From: Azolla caroliniana
Taxonomy: Eukaryota > Plantae > Polypodiophyta
Direction of reading: 5' to 3'
NCBI GenBank assembly: GCA_043228905.1
Contig: JBHGNT010000013.1
Location: 18,352,001-18,416,000, forward strand
Length of the DNA stretch: 64,000 bases
The first letter of the stretch is position 1, and every line of letters starts with the position of its first letter. The position numbers and the translations under genes were made by a program. Below, one piece after another: positions 1 through 12,471 of this stretch. Under the pieces are notes generated by a model. That model did not search any database, was not told the DNA's origin, and worked only from the letters and a program-made list of their open reading frames with translations.

Positions 1-2577
1 CAGAGTGAACTCAATGTCAGTCTCCTGCCCAACCAACACCTCCAAGTCTAAAGATGTATGGTTTGTTGACTCGGGTGTATCCAATCACATGACGTCTCAT
101 AAACATTGGTTCAGAGAGCTACGAAAGCTTGAATGACCCGGTTATGTGGAAACTACGGATGAAACAATTCGCGCCATTCAACATGTTGGTAATGTCCCAT
201 TCGATGAAGAGGGCTACATCAAGAACGTCTTGCATGTTTTGACAATAACTAATAATCTGTTCTCTATCGACTAGATTGTGGAACTAGGCATCCAAGTTCA
301 GTTCAATAACAAAGGATGCTTCATGGATAAGGAAGGCCGAATTATCACTCGTGGTCGAAGAGAAGGTTAGATGTTCATCCTCAATTCTCACGAGATGAAA
401 TCAGCAATGTTTGCCAAGGGCCATAGAGCAAACGTCAATATACAATTGTGGCACAAAAGGATCGGCCACTTCAAGCTCCAAAAACTCAAAGGAATGCAAT
501 CGGAAGGAGTCATCATCGGACTCCCAACCTTTACTAAGAATGAGATTGTAGGTGTATGCGAAGCCTACCGATTCCGTAAACAACACCGACAACCGTTCCC
601 AATGGAGAGGAACGTGAGCAAAGGGATCCTGGATGTAATATAATCAAACGTATGGGGACCAGCCCAAACGGCAACATCCAATGGTTGCCGATATTATGTG
701 ACATTCATTGACAACTTCTCTAGGCACACCTAAATATTCCCTATGCGGGAAAAGAGTGGTGTTCTTGCACTTCCAAAAGTTTAAAAACAAAGTAAAAAAG
801 GCAACCGATCGTCATGTACAATGCCTTCGATCGGATGACAGCAAAGAGTACTTCTCCGACGCCTTTACAACATACCTTCGACAAGAAGGAGTCCAACGGG
901 AGTTTACTTGCCGACACATACCTCAACAGAACGGAGTAGCTGAACGAAAGAACATGCATATACTCGATGTGGCAAGGGCAATGATGAATGAGAAACATCT
1001 ACGGAAATCATACTAAGTTGAAGTGACGAACCCGACCGTCTATCGAATGAATCATTGCATAGCATCCGGAGTGCACAATATTACCTCCCATGAGAGGTTC
1101 TATGGAAAGAAGCCAGATCTATCCCACGTCAGTATATTAGGCTCGATCGTGTACGTTTGTATTCCTGACGAGAAGTGGCAGAAGCTTGATCCTAAGTTAG
1201 AGAGATGTATCCTCGTGGGGTACTCGCTCGAACAAAAGGGGTATAGGTGCTTCAACCCCTCTACCAAGGAGGTACGAGTGAGTAGGGATGTCATATTTGA
1301 CGAATCGGCATCTTGATACATCACCGACTCAACTCCATCCGATCTAACCGAAACCGATTTCGACATAGATTCAGAGGAGGTTGATCATCTAAGGCTCACA
1401 ACAGAGGGAAGTCCAATCTCAACCAGGTTGAGTGGACCATAGGAGCCTCTGAGCGACCACAAGATCATGCATGTCACGACCAAGTTCAAAATTGGACAAA
1501 GGAAAGGCCAAAATGCCTGAGTACAAAGACTTAGATGGAAACGAATAATCTCACTCACTCGACAGTGAGTATGGTGGATTGGATGTTCCTATCATGAGGA
1601 CACCAGGAGCCAAGAAAGTGTTCACGAAGACAAGGGAACCACTACGTTGCTCCACCCAAGTAAAGAACATAGTTAGCCGATTTGGCGACAACAACTACAT
1701 GGCATATTACTATGCCTTTGTGATGAAGGTGGTGACAATTCTAGAACCAGAAAACTTTTCCGAAGCTGCTAAGGACCCGCGATGGGTTGAAGCGATGAAT
1801 GAGGAGATGCAAGCACTCTCCAAAAACGAGACTTGCGATCTCTTGCCCTCTTCACCCCACCAAAAGGTAATTGGATGCCGGTGGATATTCAAGGTGAAGC
1901 ACAATGTTGGCAACACTGTCAATTGGTATAAGGCTCGACTTGTAGCGAAAGGATATGCACACACACATGGGGTCGATTATGAAGAGACCTTTGCCCAAGT
2001 GGCAAAGATGACCACCATGCGGACCTTGATATCTTCACGAAGGCCCTAGGGTTGACAAGTTGCACTAGTTTACGAAGAACCTAGGTCTTTCGGCCGCCAA
2101 CCAACCGAGCTTAAGGGGGAGTAAAGAGTAAGGAATGGGCCAGGAGCCCGCTTCCAGAATAGAGCAGTACAATCCAACTTGAACCCGACCCGAAGACCAA
2201 TGTGAACCAACTATTCAGCGATTGAAAGTTGCATTTCAAGGGGCTTGTTGAGAATCAAACTGAACTTCCCTAGTGTGGGATCACACCTTTGGAATACCCA
2301 AACGTGTGAACATTCCACCTCGGATCATAAACTAAGTGTCATAGAAGTTAAGTTCTATGACACATATTTAGTATGTAGTTAAGTCTCCACCTCTTTTTCA
2401 AGTGGTGGTTGTAGTGAGAGAACATAGAGAGAATGTGACTACATAAACACCTTCTCCTGGTCATTGTAATTGTTGGTCATTTTATTTTCTTGTCAATATA
2501 GTTTTACCATTTTCTCTCCCTCTCACACACACATACACACACTTTCTGCTAGACAGAATCATATTTGATTCTTTACA
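1..2577 (+). mobile_element. Degenerate Ty1/copia element A1 (protease, GAG-pre-integrase, integrase, truncated RT, 3' LTR)
   Basis: Fragments encode WFVDSG (protease), LWHKRIGH, CLRSD..EY, PQQNGVAER (integrase) and [15 protein letters not shown] (RT start), with many stops and frameshifts. RT jumps directly to the RNase H end (DIFTKALG) at ~2030. Confidence 0.9.
2246..2577 (+). repeat. 3' LTR of copia A1
   Basis: TGTTG...TTTACA boundaries, preceded by purine tract AAGGGGCT; homologous to the LTR at 40317-40655. Confidence 0.85.
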
Positions 2578-2653
2578 TGAAGAAACCACTCGAAGAAAGA
2601 AGATGTTGAAGAAACTAGTCAAAGAAAGAAGATGTCAAAGAAACTAGTCGAAG
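2578..2653. repeat. Short purine-rich tandem repeat (GAAGAAAGAAGATGTCGAAGAAACTAGTC-like) between two LTRs
   Basis: Repeat units are visible directly; a longer uninterrupted version lies at ~51620-51810. Confidence 0.7.
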
Positions 2654-4321
2654 TGTTGAGAGATCAAGCTCAACTTAGTTTAGTTATTTAGTCAACCATG
2701 TAACTTCGTAGTTACCTAGATAGAATCGAGTTAGGCCTTAAATAGGACCTTGTACTTAAGTGGGATATTCTAGATCCTCCACTCCTAAGTACATTTAATA
2801 TAGGACTTACACCTTAGTACCTATATTCTAATCACACATGTGCACCTTTGCACATAAGATGTATATATACCTCATTGTGGGTATTTTTGTATTTGATGAT
2901 GATGATGATGCTAATTTAATATAGAGTTAATCATCCCCCATCTTGTGTTGTTCATAAAGTGTTAACTTCTTCTCTCTCTCTTCCTCTAACACACATACAC
3001 ACACATATCACTTAATCTTCCGCTTATCAACTAATCACATAATTAGGTACTAATTAACCCGTAGTTAATCACCTAATTCTTAACATGGTATCAGAGCATG
3101 TAGTTTAGTATATCCACTAAGCCCACCCGACTTTGTGATTGTGTGTTCGAGACGCCGACGAGAAAATCCGGCTATCGGCTACCTTAATGCTGGTACGTAG
3201 TACGTCTACGTGACCGAAGGAAGGAAAGTAAAAACAGAAGACACGACAATCAACATGAACACGCAAATGGGTAGCTCGCTCCCTAGTGAAAAGCTAGACC
3301 GGAGCAATTATTCATCTTGGGAGTACAAGATGAACCAATACCTTGTCGGCCAAGGGTATTGGAGCTACATCAACGGCTCTCAAGAAAATCGACCCGACCC
3401 AAAGAACGCCGACTACTCAACATGGGAGCAAGAGGCTAGTCGAGTCATGTATTACTTGGCAACATGTGTCCACGACAACATGCTTAGACACATTCTAGAC
3501 ACCAAGACGCCTAAAGAAGTGTGGGCGAACTTAAAGAAAATTTTCGCCGCCAACATGACCGCCCGAAAGCTTCAACTCCGACAAGAGTTGAACAGCATTC
3601 GGAAAAAAGATATGTCTGTGTCGGACTACACCGCCAAGATCAAGAGCATTTGCGACTCTCTTGGCTCCATCAACATAATCATCGACAAAGATGAGATGGT
3701 TCAAGTATGCTTGGGCAGCCTTGCACAACGATTCGACTCGTTAAGGATGACAATCTTGGCAAGGGAAAACCCTCCTTCGTTCTTCAACCTTCAATAAATG
3801 CGAATGGTCAAACAGAACCACATCCAAACCAATACGAAGATGTCGGAAGGACAAATATTCTTCTCAAGTTATGACAGTGGCCAAGAACGAGGTCACGGCG
3901 GTAGAAGAGGTCAATTCGGCCCATCACACGAAGGGAGCTCAAACCTTCACGGAAGCCATCGAGGAACCTTTGGAAGAAGGGGGAGCTTCCATGCCGAACA
4001 AGGTCGGCAAACGAGGCTTGCAACATGCAACTATTGCGGCAAAATCGGCCACCGTGAATAGGAGTGTTAAAAAAGAAGAAGCGAGTCAAATTCAAGAAGT
4101 CAACAACGCACGAATTACGCCACCAACTCCGAATACGATGACTACGGCGGACTATTCGTAATGAGGCATAGAGCGAACTCTGTATCGGCCTCCGACTCCA
4201 CAAGCACCTGCAATTCGGAAGATATGTGGTTCGTCGATTCCGGCGCCTCACATCACATGACATCCCACAAAGAGTGGTTTAATGACTTGCGTACACCAGA
4301 TGGACCCGGCTACATAGAGAC
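2654..4321 (+). mobile_element. Copia element B, 5' part (LTR 2654-3085, PBS, gag, start of protease), interrupted at 4322
   Basis: TGTTG...TAACA LTR followed by tRNA-iMet PBS TGGTATCAGAGC (3086-3097). Gag KLDRSNYSSWEYKM, zinc knuckle CNYCGKIGHRE, protease WFVDSGASHHM; in-frame stops. Confidence 0.9.
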
Positions 4322-7300
4322 TGTAAAAAGTAGCGTGCGGAAACAAGTATGAAGACCGAACAGAAGGAAGGAAACTCAGGTTTAATGGAGAGCTTGAGCT
4401 TACGCAGTATACGCGGGAGAGACAGAGAGAGAGAAAAACACAAAAAAACTATATTCAACACTCTATTCACCACTCTGTATACATATATGTGTTCCATGAA
4501 CACTTCTATATAAGTCCTCGAACGACTGACCGTACTTCAATGCTCTTTAAGAGCTCCTACACTAACTCCCAAATATATTCCTCACGGAATATCTTTCCTA
4601 ACGGCCTCCCGGTTTACGCACTCGGCCTAATCGATCGGTCCCAACCGATCCAGCCGATGTTGAGCTTGTCTCTCAACACTCCCCCTCAAGCTCAACTCGA
4701 GGCTCTTCGGGATCCTCGGGCTCACAACTCTGGTTCCTCCTGGCTTCACGCCTCGCTCGCGCTCCTCGACCTATTCGACTCCGCCCACTTCGACACTTCC
4801 GGTCGGCTTATCTGCTCATGCGGCCCTTATCAGCTCTTCTACTGTTGCGGTGTTGACGCTTCTCCTGCTGCCTTTTCTTCCGCTTGGGCCTCGGTTGATT
4901 CAACGTATCTAAATCAAACATCCGAACCGACTCGGCTACCTCCGATCGGTTTTCGCTCTCGTCCGAGTTGGCTGTCTCCAACTCATCTTCGGTCTTTTCG
5001 CCCTCCATGGCGTCATCTTCCCCATGCGTGGTTGGCTTCGGCTCTCTCCTTCGACTGCTCCCCTTCTGTCCGCTTCCGGACTTTTGCGCGGGTCCGCCCT
5101 TGGCTTCTTCAGCCGATCCGAAGTCGAACTGGACAACCGAGTTAACAACCGAGTCAACCGACTCAGTGTCGCAGCCTCCGCTCCTTTCCTGTTGCTTTAC
5201 TTGGTCGTTCAGGACTGTTCTCCCCCTCAAGTTGGGCACGTCGAGGTGACACAATCCGAGCGCACTCGAGAATTGCCGCAACTTGTCCAGACCAAGAGGC
5301 TTTGTGAAGATGTCGGGAGTCTGCCGATCTGTCGGCACATACTGAAGTTCGACTTCACCGGAAAGGACACGCTCACGGACGAAATGGTAATGCACCTCAA
5401 TGTGCTTGGTCCGTGCGTGGAAAACGGGGTTTTTCGCGAGCTGGATGCTGTTGACATTGTCCCAGTAGATCGTCGTCGGATCTGACACCTCCACCTGTAG
5501 GTCCTTAAGTAGCCGCTTCAACCATATGGCTTCGCATGTCGCGACAGCTGCTCCTCGGTACTCAGCTTCGGTGCTCGACAGTGCAACTGTCGGCTGCTTC
5601 TTACTGCTCCACGCGATCGCGGCACTCCCGAGGGAGAACGCGTATTCGGACGTGGATCGGCGATCGGCGGCGTTGCCAGCCCAATCAGCATCGGTGTAGT
5701 CGACTAACTGCACGGCTGCACCGGTCCGATATAGCAGTCCCCGGTCCTTAGTGTCGTTGACATACCGAAGTATGCGTTGCGCACACTGAAGGTGCTCCTC
5801 GGTACGTCGCGCCATGAACTGACTGATCACTCCGACCGGATAACTGAGGTCGGGTCGGGTGATGGTCAAGTACATGAGGCTTCCGACAATTTGTCGGAAA
5901 CTCGTCGGGTCGCATACCTTTCCCGTATCGGGACGAAGCTTGACGGTTCTGTCCAGAGGAGTCGAGACGGACTTACAGTCGGCCATCCCGAATTTGAAGA
6001 GCATACTCAGCACGTAATGACGTTGGCTGATCAATATGTCTTTGAGGGTACGGATCACTTCGATCCCGAGGAAGTAATGAAGGTCCCCCAGATCCTTCAT
6101 GTCGAACGATGCCGCAAGCTGGAGCTTCACGCGGTCGATTTCACCTAGGTCGGCGCCGGTGATGACCAAGTCATCAACATATAGTAAAATACTAACCGGT
6201 CCGAGTCGACCTTTCCGGATGAACAGGGAAGAGTCCGATTTTGACATGACGAAGCCCATCCAATGCAGTTGTTACGCGATCTTCGCGTTCCAGGCACGCA
6301 GGGCTTGCTTCAGTCCGTAAAGGGACTTCTTCAGTCGGCATACTGCCGAGGAGTTCGTTCCGGAGTGAAATCCGGGCGGTTGTACCATGTACACTTGTTC
6401 CTCAAGGTCACCTTGCAGGAACACATTCTTTACATCCATTTGATGTAGGTGCCACCCCTTGGCCGCGGCTACGGCGAGCAAAACACGGACGGTCGTCATT
6501 TTCGCGACCGGCGCAAATGTCTCATCGTAGTCGATGCCGTGTTTCTGTGCATAGCCCTTTGCCACTAGCCGAGCCTTGTACCGGTTGACCGAGCCATCGG
6601 TGTTGTACTTGACTTTGTACACCCACCTACACCCGATCGGTTTTACCCCTCTTGGTGCATCAACCAGGTCCCAGGTCTCGTTCTCCGCCAATGCGTGCAT
6701 CTCTTCCTCCATCGCGGCACGCCAATTCGGGTCTTTAGCCGCTTCTGCGTAGCTCTCCGGCTCACGCACTTCTGCTACACGGGTCATGTACGCATAATGA
6801 TGCACCATGTACTCGTTGTATCCGAACAGCAAAACAGGATTCTTTTGGCGGGTAGATCGGCGTAATCTCACATTAGCCGATGTCGAGGCCTTCTCGGTCG
6901 AAGCGGTCTTCATCTTTAAAGACCCATCACCGGTTCTCTCGGATTCAGACTCAAGTCGGTCTGACTCGTTCCTTTCCGTGCCGGAATCCGACACCTTCTT
7001 CCTCCCTTTCTCTTTGCACGTAATCCGTCTCCTCGGCTTCCTACGCGGGGAATGCACGGCCGAGTCTCCACTACTCGCCGGCTCTTCATCGGACTAGTCG
7101 TACCGACTCAGTCGTCCAATCGGTCCACTTAACCGGAGTGAAATCAGACTCTCTTCGCGGGTCTCGATTTCGGGCTCATCCGGAGGCATCTCGGCCTCGC
7201 TGACCTCATCGTCAGAGCTCGGATTGGAGTCGAGTTTCGTAGTCGGGGGCAGGTACCAGGACGCGGACTCGTCAAACACAATGTCGCGGCTGACACGCGC

Positions 7301-8250
7301 TTGTTTGGTGCGAGGGTTATAGCACTTATAACCCTTCTGCTCGTCCGAGTAACCGACCAAGATGCATTTCTCGGCCTTTGCGTCCAGCTTCCTCCTTTTC
7401 TCCTTCGGTATATGCACATACGCAATGCTACCGAACACCCTCAAGTGTCGCAAGTTCGGCTTCGTTCCGAAATATAGCTCGTGTGCCGACACTTTGTCTC
7501 CGATCCGGTTCTGGATGTATACCGCGGTCCTTACCGCCTCGGCCCAATAGAACTTGGGCAAGCTCTTCTCCTCCAGCATTGCCCGTGCCGCTTCCAGAAC
7601 TGACCGATTCTTCCTCTCGCCAACGTTGTTCTGCTCCGGCATGTATCTGCAACTGAATTCGCGCCGAATTCCCATTTGTTGTAGATAACCGTTGAATTGA
7701 CCGGAAAAGTACTCTTTCCCACCATCCGACCGCAGGCACTTGATCTTTCATCCCGTTTCCATTTCCACGAACCCTTTGAGGTTCCGGAAACAGTCGAAGA
7801 CTTCGCTCTTCCTCTCAATGAGGTAGATCCACGTGTGCTGCGTGTGGTCGTCGATGAAGGAGACGAAATATCGGCTCCCGGCAAGACTAACGTTTTGTGC
7901 CGGCCCCCATACATCGGAGTGTATAAGGTCGAGCTTGTTCCGGCTCCGGTTTCGCTCGTTGGGGAAGGGAAGTCGGTGTTGCTTCCCGAGCTGGCAGGCT
8001 TCACAAATTTGTGCCTTTCGGCCACTAAATTTGGGCAATCCGAACACTACCTGTTTCGATTGCAGATCTTGAAGCCGCTGGTAGTTGACGTGGCCTATCC
8101 GTTTGTGCCACAAGTCGATGTCCGACTCGGCTTTTCTTCCCTTCGCGAACATTGCGGTGCCGCCGTCAGTGGAGTCGAGGATGAACATCCTCCCATCTCT
8201 GCGCCCTTGCGCAATCACACGGCCTTCTTCCTCAATGAGGCACCCGAGAC
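4322..8250 (-). mobile_element. Copia element C, 3' part (integrase, RT, RNase H, 3' LTR 4322-4678)
   Basis: Minus-strand ORFs 7094-7675, 6272-7057 and 4808-6259 carry QMDVK, LYGLKQA, YVDD, DADWAG and RTKHIEVHYHF. PPT (reverse complement CTCCCCCTCAAG) is adjacent to the LTR at 4679. Confidence 0.92.
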
Positions 8251-9652
8251 CATTCTCCGTCTCTCCCGGAATTTCGGCGTACTGCGATCGCTGCCGATTT
8301 CCCTTGTCGGTATGTCCGGAACCGTTCCCGGAACCGGTTCTCTCCGAATTGGCGCGCTTTTTCCAGCACTCACTTTCCCTGTGGCCTTTCTTGCCACAGT
8401 ACCAGCACTCCGTGATGGCCTTCCCTTGCCGGTTCTCATCGCTTCGACTCCCCCTATTTCCGGAGGGTCCGGAGTTGCTGTCGGCATCACTTCGATGCCT
8501 TCTTCCTTGATCTCGTCGGCCGCTTCCATTGTGTACCAACTCGCCTCGTCCGCCACGACCATGGGGCCTTTCTCCCTCCGTGTACAACATCTTGCTATCG
8601 GTGTGCGTGCTTGTCGACGCACCCGCGTGGTTCTCCTCTACCGGGAGTATCGGCTGTAAGTAGAAAAAGGACGGCGTATTCTCCCGGCTACACACAGCCG
8701 TTCGGAACGCTCCGAACTTCGACGCCAAACCTCCGAGACAGATCTGGACCATCTCGCTCTCCTCAATGTTCACCTCTATGGAGGCGAGGGAGTCGCAGAT
8801 ATCCTTGATCTTCGAGGTATAGTCCGCCACCGACAAGTCGCGTTGTCGTAGGTTGCTCAACTCCTGTCGGAGCTGAAGCTTCCTAGCTGTGGTGCTCGCG
8901 GCAAAAATCTTCTTCAGATTTTCCCACGCACCCTTCGGCGTCTTTGCATCCCGAACATAGCTCAATAGCTGTTCGCCCACACATGACGCGAAGCAGTATA
9001 AAACCCTGCTTGCCGATTGTTCCCACGACGGGAAGTCTCTGTGTGTCGATTCGGGTGCCGCGTCATTAGCTCCTTCGACATAACTCCAATAGGCATGGCC
9101 GAGCAGGTACTGGTGCATCTTGTAGGAGGAAGACGCGTAGTTGGTTCTGTCGAGCTTCTCTGTTGGAAGCGAGGTCGCCATGCCTCTATCCATCGTTCTT
9201 CTTGTTCTTCTTCGTCAAGCTGTGTCGGCTGCAGAGAGGTTCTCAACCCTCGCGCTCTGATACCATGTAGAAAGTAGCGTGCAGAAGCAGGTATGAAGAC
9301 AGAACAGAGGAAGGAAACTCAGGTTCAATGGAGAGCTTGGGCTTACACGGTATATGCGGGAGAGACAGAGAGAGTAGACACAAAAAACTATATTCAATAA
9401 TAATACTCAAGTCTGTACATAAGACGTGCTCAATGAACACTTTTATACAAGTCCTGGAAGGACTGACCGAAGTACTGACAGTACTTCAATGCTCATTAAG
9501 AGCTCCTACACTAACTCCCAAATATATTCCTCACGGAATATCTTTCCTAACGACCTCCCGGTTTACGCACTCGGCCTAACCGATCGGTCCCAACCGATCC
9601 GGTCCTCGGCTTCTTCAGCCGATCTGGCCGATGTTGAGCTTGTGTCTCAACA
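8251..9652 (-). mobile_element. Copia element E, 5' part (5' LTR 9266-9652, PBS, gag), now inverted
   Basis: PBS reverse complement GCTCTGATACCA at 9254-9265; gag with CWYCGKKGHRESEC. The LTR is nearly identical to 16199-16585 and clearly less similar to 4322-4678. Confidence 0.85.
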
Positions 9653-12471
9653 GTTCTCATGCAGGGAATCCATCTCATCCTACATGGCACTTAACCATTT
9701 GCGGTTGTGGGTGTCATCCTTCGCTTCTTCGAAGCTTTCCGGCTCTCCCTCATCGATCAACAACACATGCTCTGAATCCGGAAATCTTCGGGGGCCCTTC
9801 TCTCTCTGAGGGGATATCTCCGTCTTTGGCCTTCGGCAACCGGCTCCACTATTTGATCTTCATCCAAATCCTATTCGGGGTCCTGGCCGGTTCCAGTTCC
9901 AGCTTCCTCTGCTTCTTCTTCTGCCGGTTCGGTATCCTCACCGCTCCGGCATGTGACTTCGTGTCCACTTGACATACATCAGTATGCACCAACTCCAGTG
10001 GTGCATTACATCTCATCGGTGGCCTCGATCGGAAGGAGGTCCGGTTTTGTTTACCGGCCAGACAATCAGTGCACTTCTCCAAGTGCACGTTCTTCACTGG
10101 AATGAGATTGTCGTCTGCAAGCCTCTTCATCCCCTCCTCACCGTAACCGGCTAGTTACTCGAGTGTCAACCGGTCTCTTGCCGGTTGGGTCTGCTCATCG
10201 TAGAATCGATCCTTACCGGTCGACTCGGAGTTCATTATCTTCTTCTCCGACTCCCAGTCGGCGAGAGTCTTGTCCTCCATGAAGATAATATCTCGACTCC
10301 GGAATACCTTCTTGTCGGCCGGGTTCCACACTCAGTAGCCAAACTCATCGTCGCCGTAACCGAGGAATATGCATGGCCGGGTCTTCGGATCTAGTTTTCC
10401 TCTCCGGTCCTTAGCTACATGCACATATGCAAGACACCCGAATACCTTCATATACCGGTAGGACACTTCCTTACCGGTCCAGACTCTCTGTGGTGTGTCT
10501 CCGTCCAAGGGTACTGAGGGTGATCTGTTTATCACATATGTCGCCGTCGACAGTGCCTCAGCCCAAAAAGTCTTGGGTAATTTTGCATGTGTCAGCATAC
10601 TCCAGACCCTCTCCATTATGGTCCGGTTCATCCTCTCGGCCAGCCCGTTCAGTTCCAGCGTCTTCGGCACGCTAAATTCGAGCCGGATTCCCTTCGAGCG
10701 ACAATACTCCCTGAATTGCCCCTGGTATTCTCCTTTGTTATCTGCTCGAACCGCCTTCAGCTTCCGGCCGGTTTCTCTTTCCACTCTCGCGTGGAGCTCT
10801 TTGAAGACGGATAACACCTGATCCATTGTCTTCAACGGTGTGGCCCACAGCTTCCGGTTGTGGTCATCTATGAACGTCACAAAGTACTACGCTCCGGCAT
10901 GTGACTTCGTGTCCACTTGACATACATCAGTATGCACCAACTCCAGTGGTGCATTACATCTCATCGGTGGCCTCGATCGGAAGGAGGTCCGGTTTTGTTT
11001 ACCGGCCAGACAATCAGTGCACTTCTCCAAGTGCACGTTCTTCACTGGAATGAGATTGTCGTCTGCAAGCCTCTTCATCCCCTTCTCGCTCATGTGGCAC
11101 AACCTCTTGTGCCACAGCTCACCGGCAATGTCGGAAGCCACGTTCACTTCTTCCGGGCATAACCGGGCATTCATCAGGAGAAGAGTGTTGACCTTCCGGG
11201 CCCGAGCCACAATCAGGCTCCTTTTGTTGAACTTCATGCCTCCGTTCTGGATGCTACCCATGTAGCCTTCATCATCTAGCCGACCGACTGATATCAGGTT
11301 CAGTCGAACCTCCGGAACGTGTCGAACATCCTTTAGCAGTAGTTTGCATCCGGTTGGCTTTGTCAACCACACGTCTCCTATGCCGACAATTCGGCGTGTA
11401 CCTTCATTCCCCATCCGGACACATCCGTGATCACCGGCTGTGTAGGATGAGAAGTATTTCCGGTCTGGGGTAAGGTGGAACGACGCACAAGAATCGACAA
11501 CCCACGTTGTCTCGTCACCGGCAAGGTTCAACTCACTCTCCTCGGTGATGAGCATCAACTCTTCTTCACTTGCCGCGATTGCCATCGTTCCCTTCCGGTT
11601 TGGCCCCCTCCAGTCTTTACCGTTTCGGTCCGGTGTCCGCTTCGAATCGGTACCGTCGGTTTCCTTGTCTTTTCGGAGATGTCGACAGTTTTTCTGGAAG
11701 TGCCCCGGCTTGCCGCAGTAAAAGCACGTGGGCCTCCCCCTTGACTTTGACTGAGTCCCCGACTTATCCCGGTTCTGGGGACTCCGGTTCCTTTGTCTTC
11801 CGCATTCCGATTCGGTAAGGAGTGCATTCACGTCGGGTATCGGTTCCTTGTCCCTCCGACGCGCCTCCTCATTTAAGATGCTTGTCTTTACCGTCTGTAA
11901 AGACAAGTTCTCTTCTTGGCAGGAGGTACTGAGAGTAACCACCAAGTTCTCCCAGCTCTCCGGCAAGGTACACATCAGCATGATCGCCTGCATTGCGTCA
12001 TCCAGGGGAAACTTGATCGCTGCAAGTTGATTCACATACCCCATGAACGTGCTGACGTGTTCTACCATGTTGTTACCGTCCCGGTACTTGAGGTTCACTA
12101 TTTTCCTCATCAATGAGGTTTGGTTCGGCGCATTCTTCCTCTCATAAAGACCCGATAGCTTCTGCCACATCTTGTGGGCATTCGTGTCGTTTGCCACGTG
12201 CTGAAGGACACTTACATCGACGCATTGCCGGATGGTGGCCACGGCCTTTCGGTTCAGTAGCTTTCACTCCGACTCCACTACCCCCTTGGGTATCTTGGCT
12301 CTGTCGATCGGTTCGTACAGGTCTTTCACAATGAGAAGGTCCTCCATTTTTATCTTCCAGTCAACGTAGTTCTGCGCATTGAGAACCATCATGCCCGGGA
12401 ATCCGCTACCACTTCCTTCCATTTTTCTATGTTGTTTGCTCGGATACCACTTTGACAGGTACTACACGCTC
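9653..12471 (-). mobile_element. Copia element D (Tnt1/Tork-like), 5' part: last ~20 bp of 5' LTR, PBS, gag, protease, integrase
   Basis: PBS reverse complement GCTCGGATACCA at 12438-12449. 12453-12471 matches the end of LTR 18085-18808. ORFs 10887-12242 (CFYCGKPGHFQKNC, WVVDSCASFH, LWHKRLCHMS) and 10332-10880 (integrase). Confidence 0.88.
9944..10134 (-). repeat. ~190-bp internal duplication of 10890-11083 flanked by a 9-bp direct repeat TCCTCACCG
   Basis: Sequence appears identical to 10890-11083; TCCTCACCG occurs at 9935-9943 and 10135-10143. Confidence 0.85.

Noticed and set aside
4489-5145. 218-aa plus-strand ORF and other long antisense ORFs over the copia elements (e.g. 7697-8659)
   Set aside because: Antisense shadows of GC-rich pol/LTR sequence with no recognisable motifs
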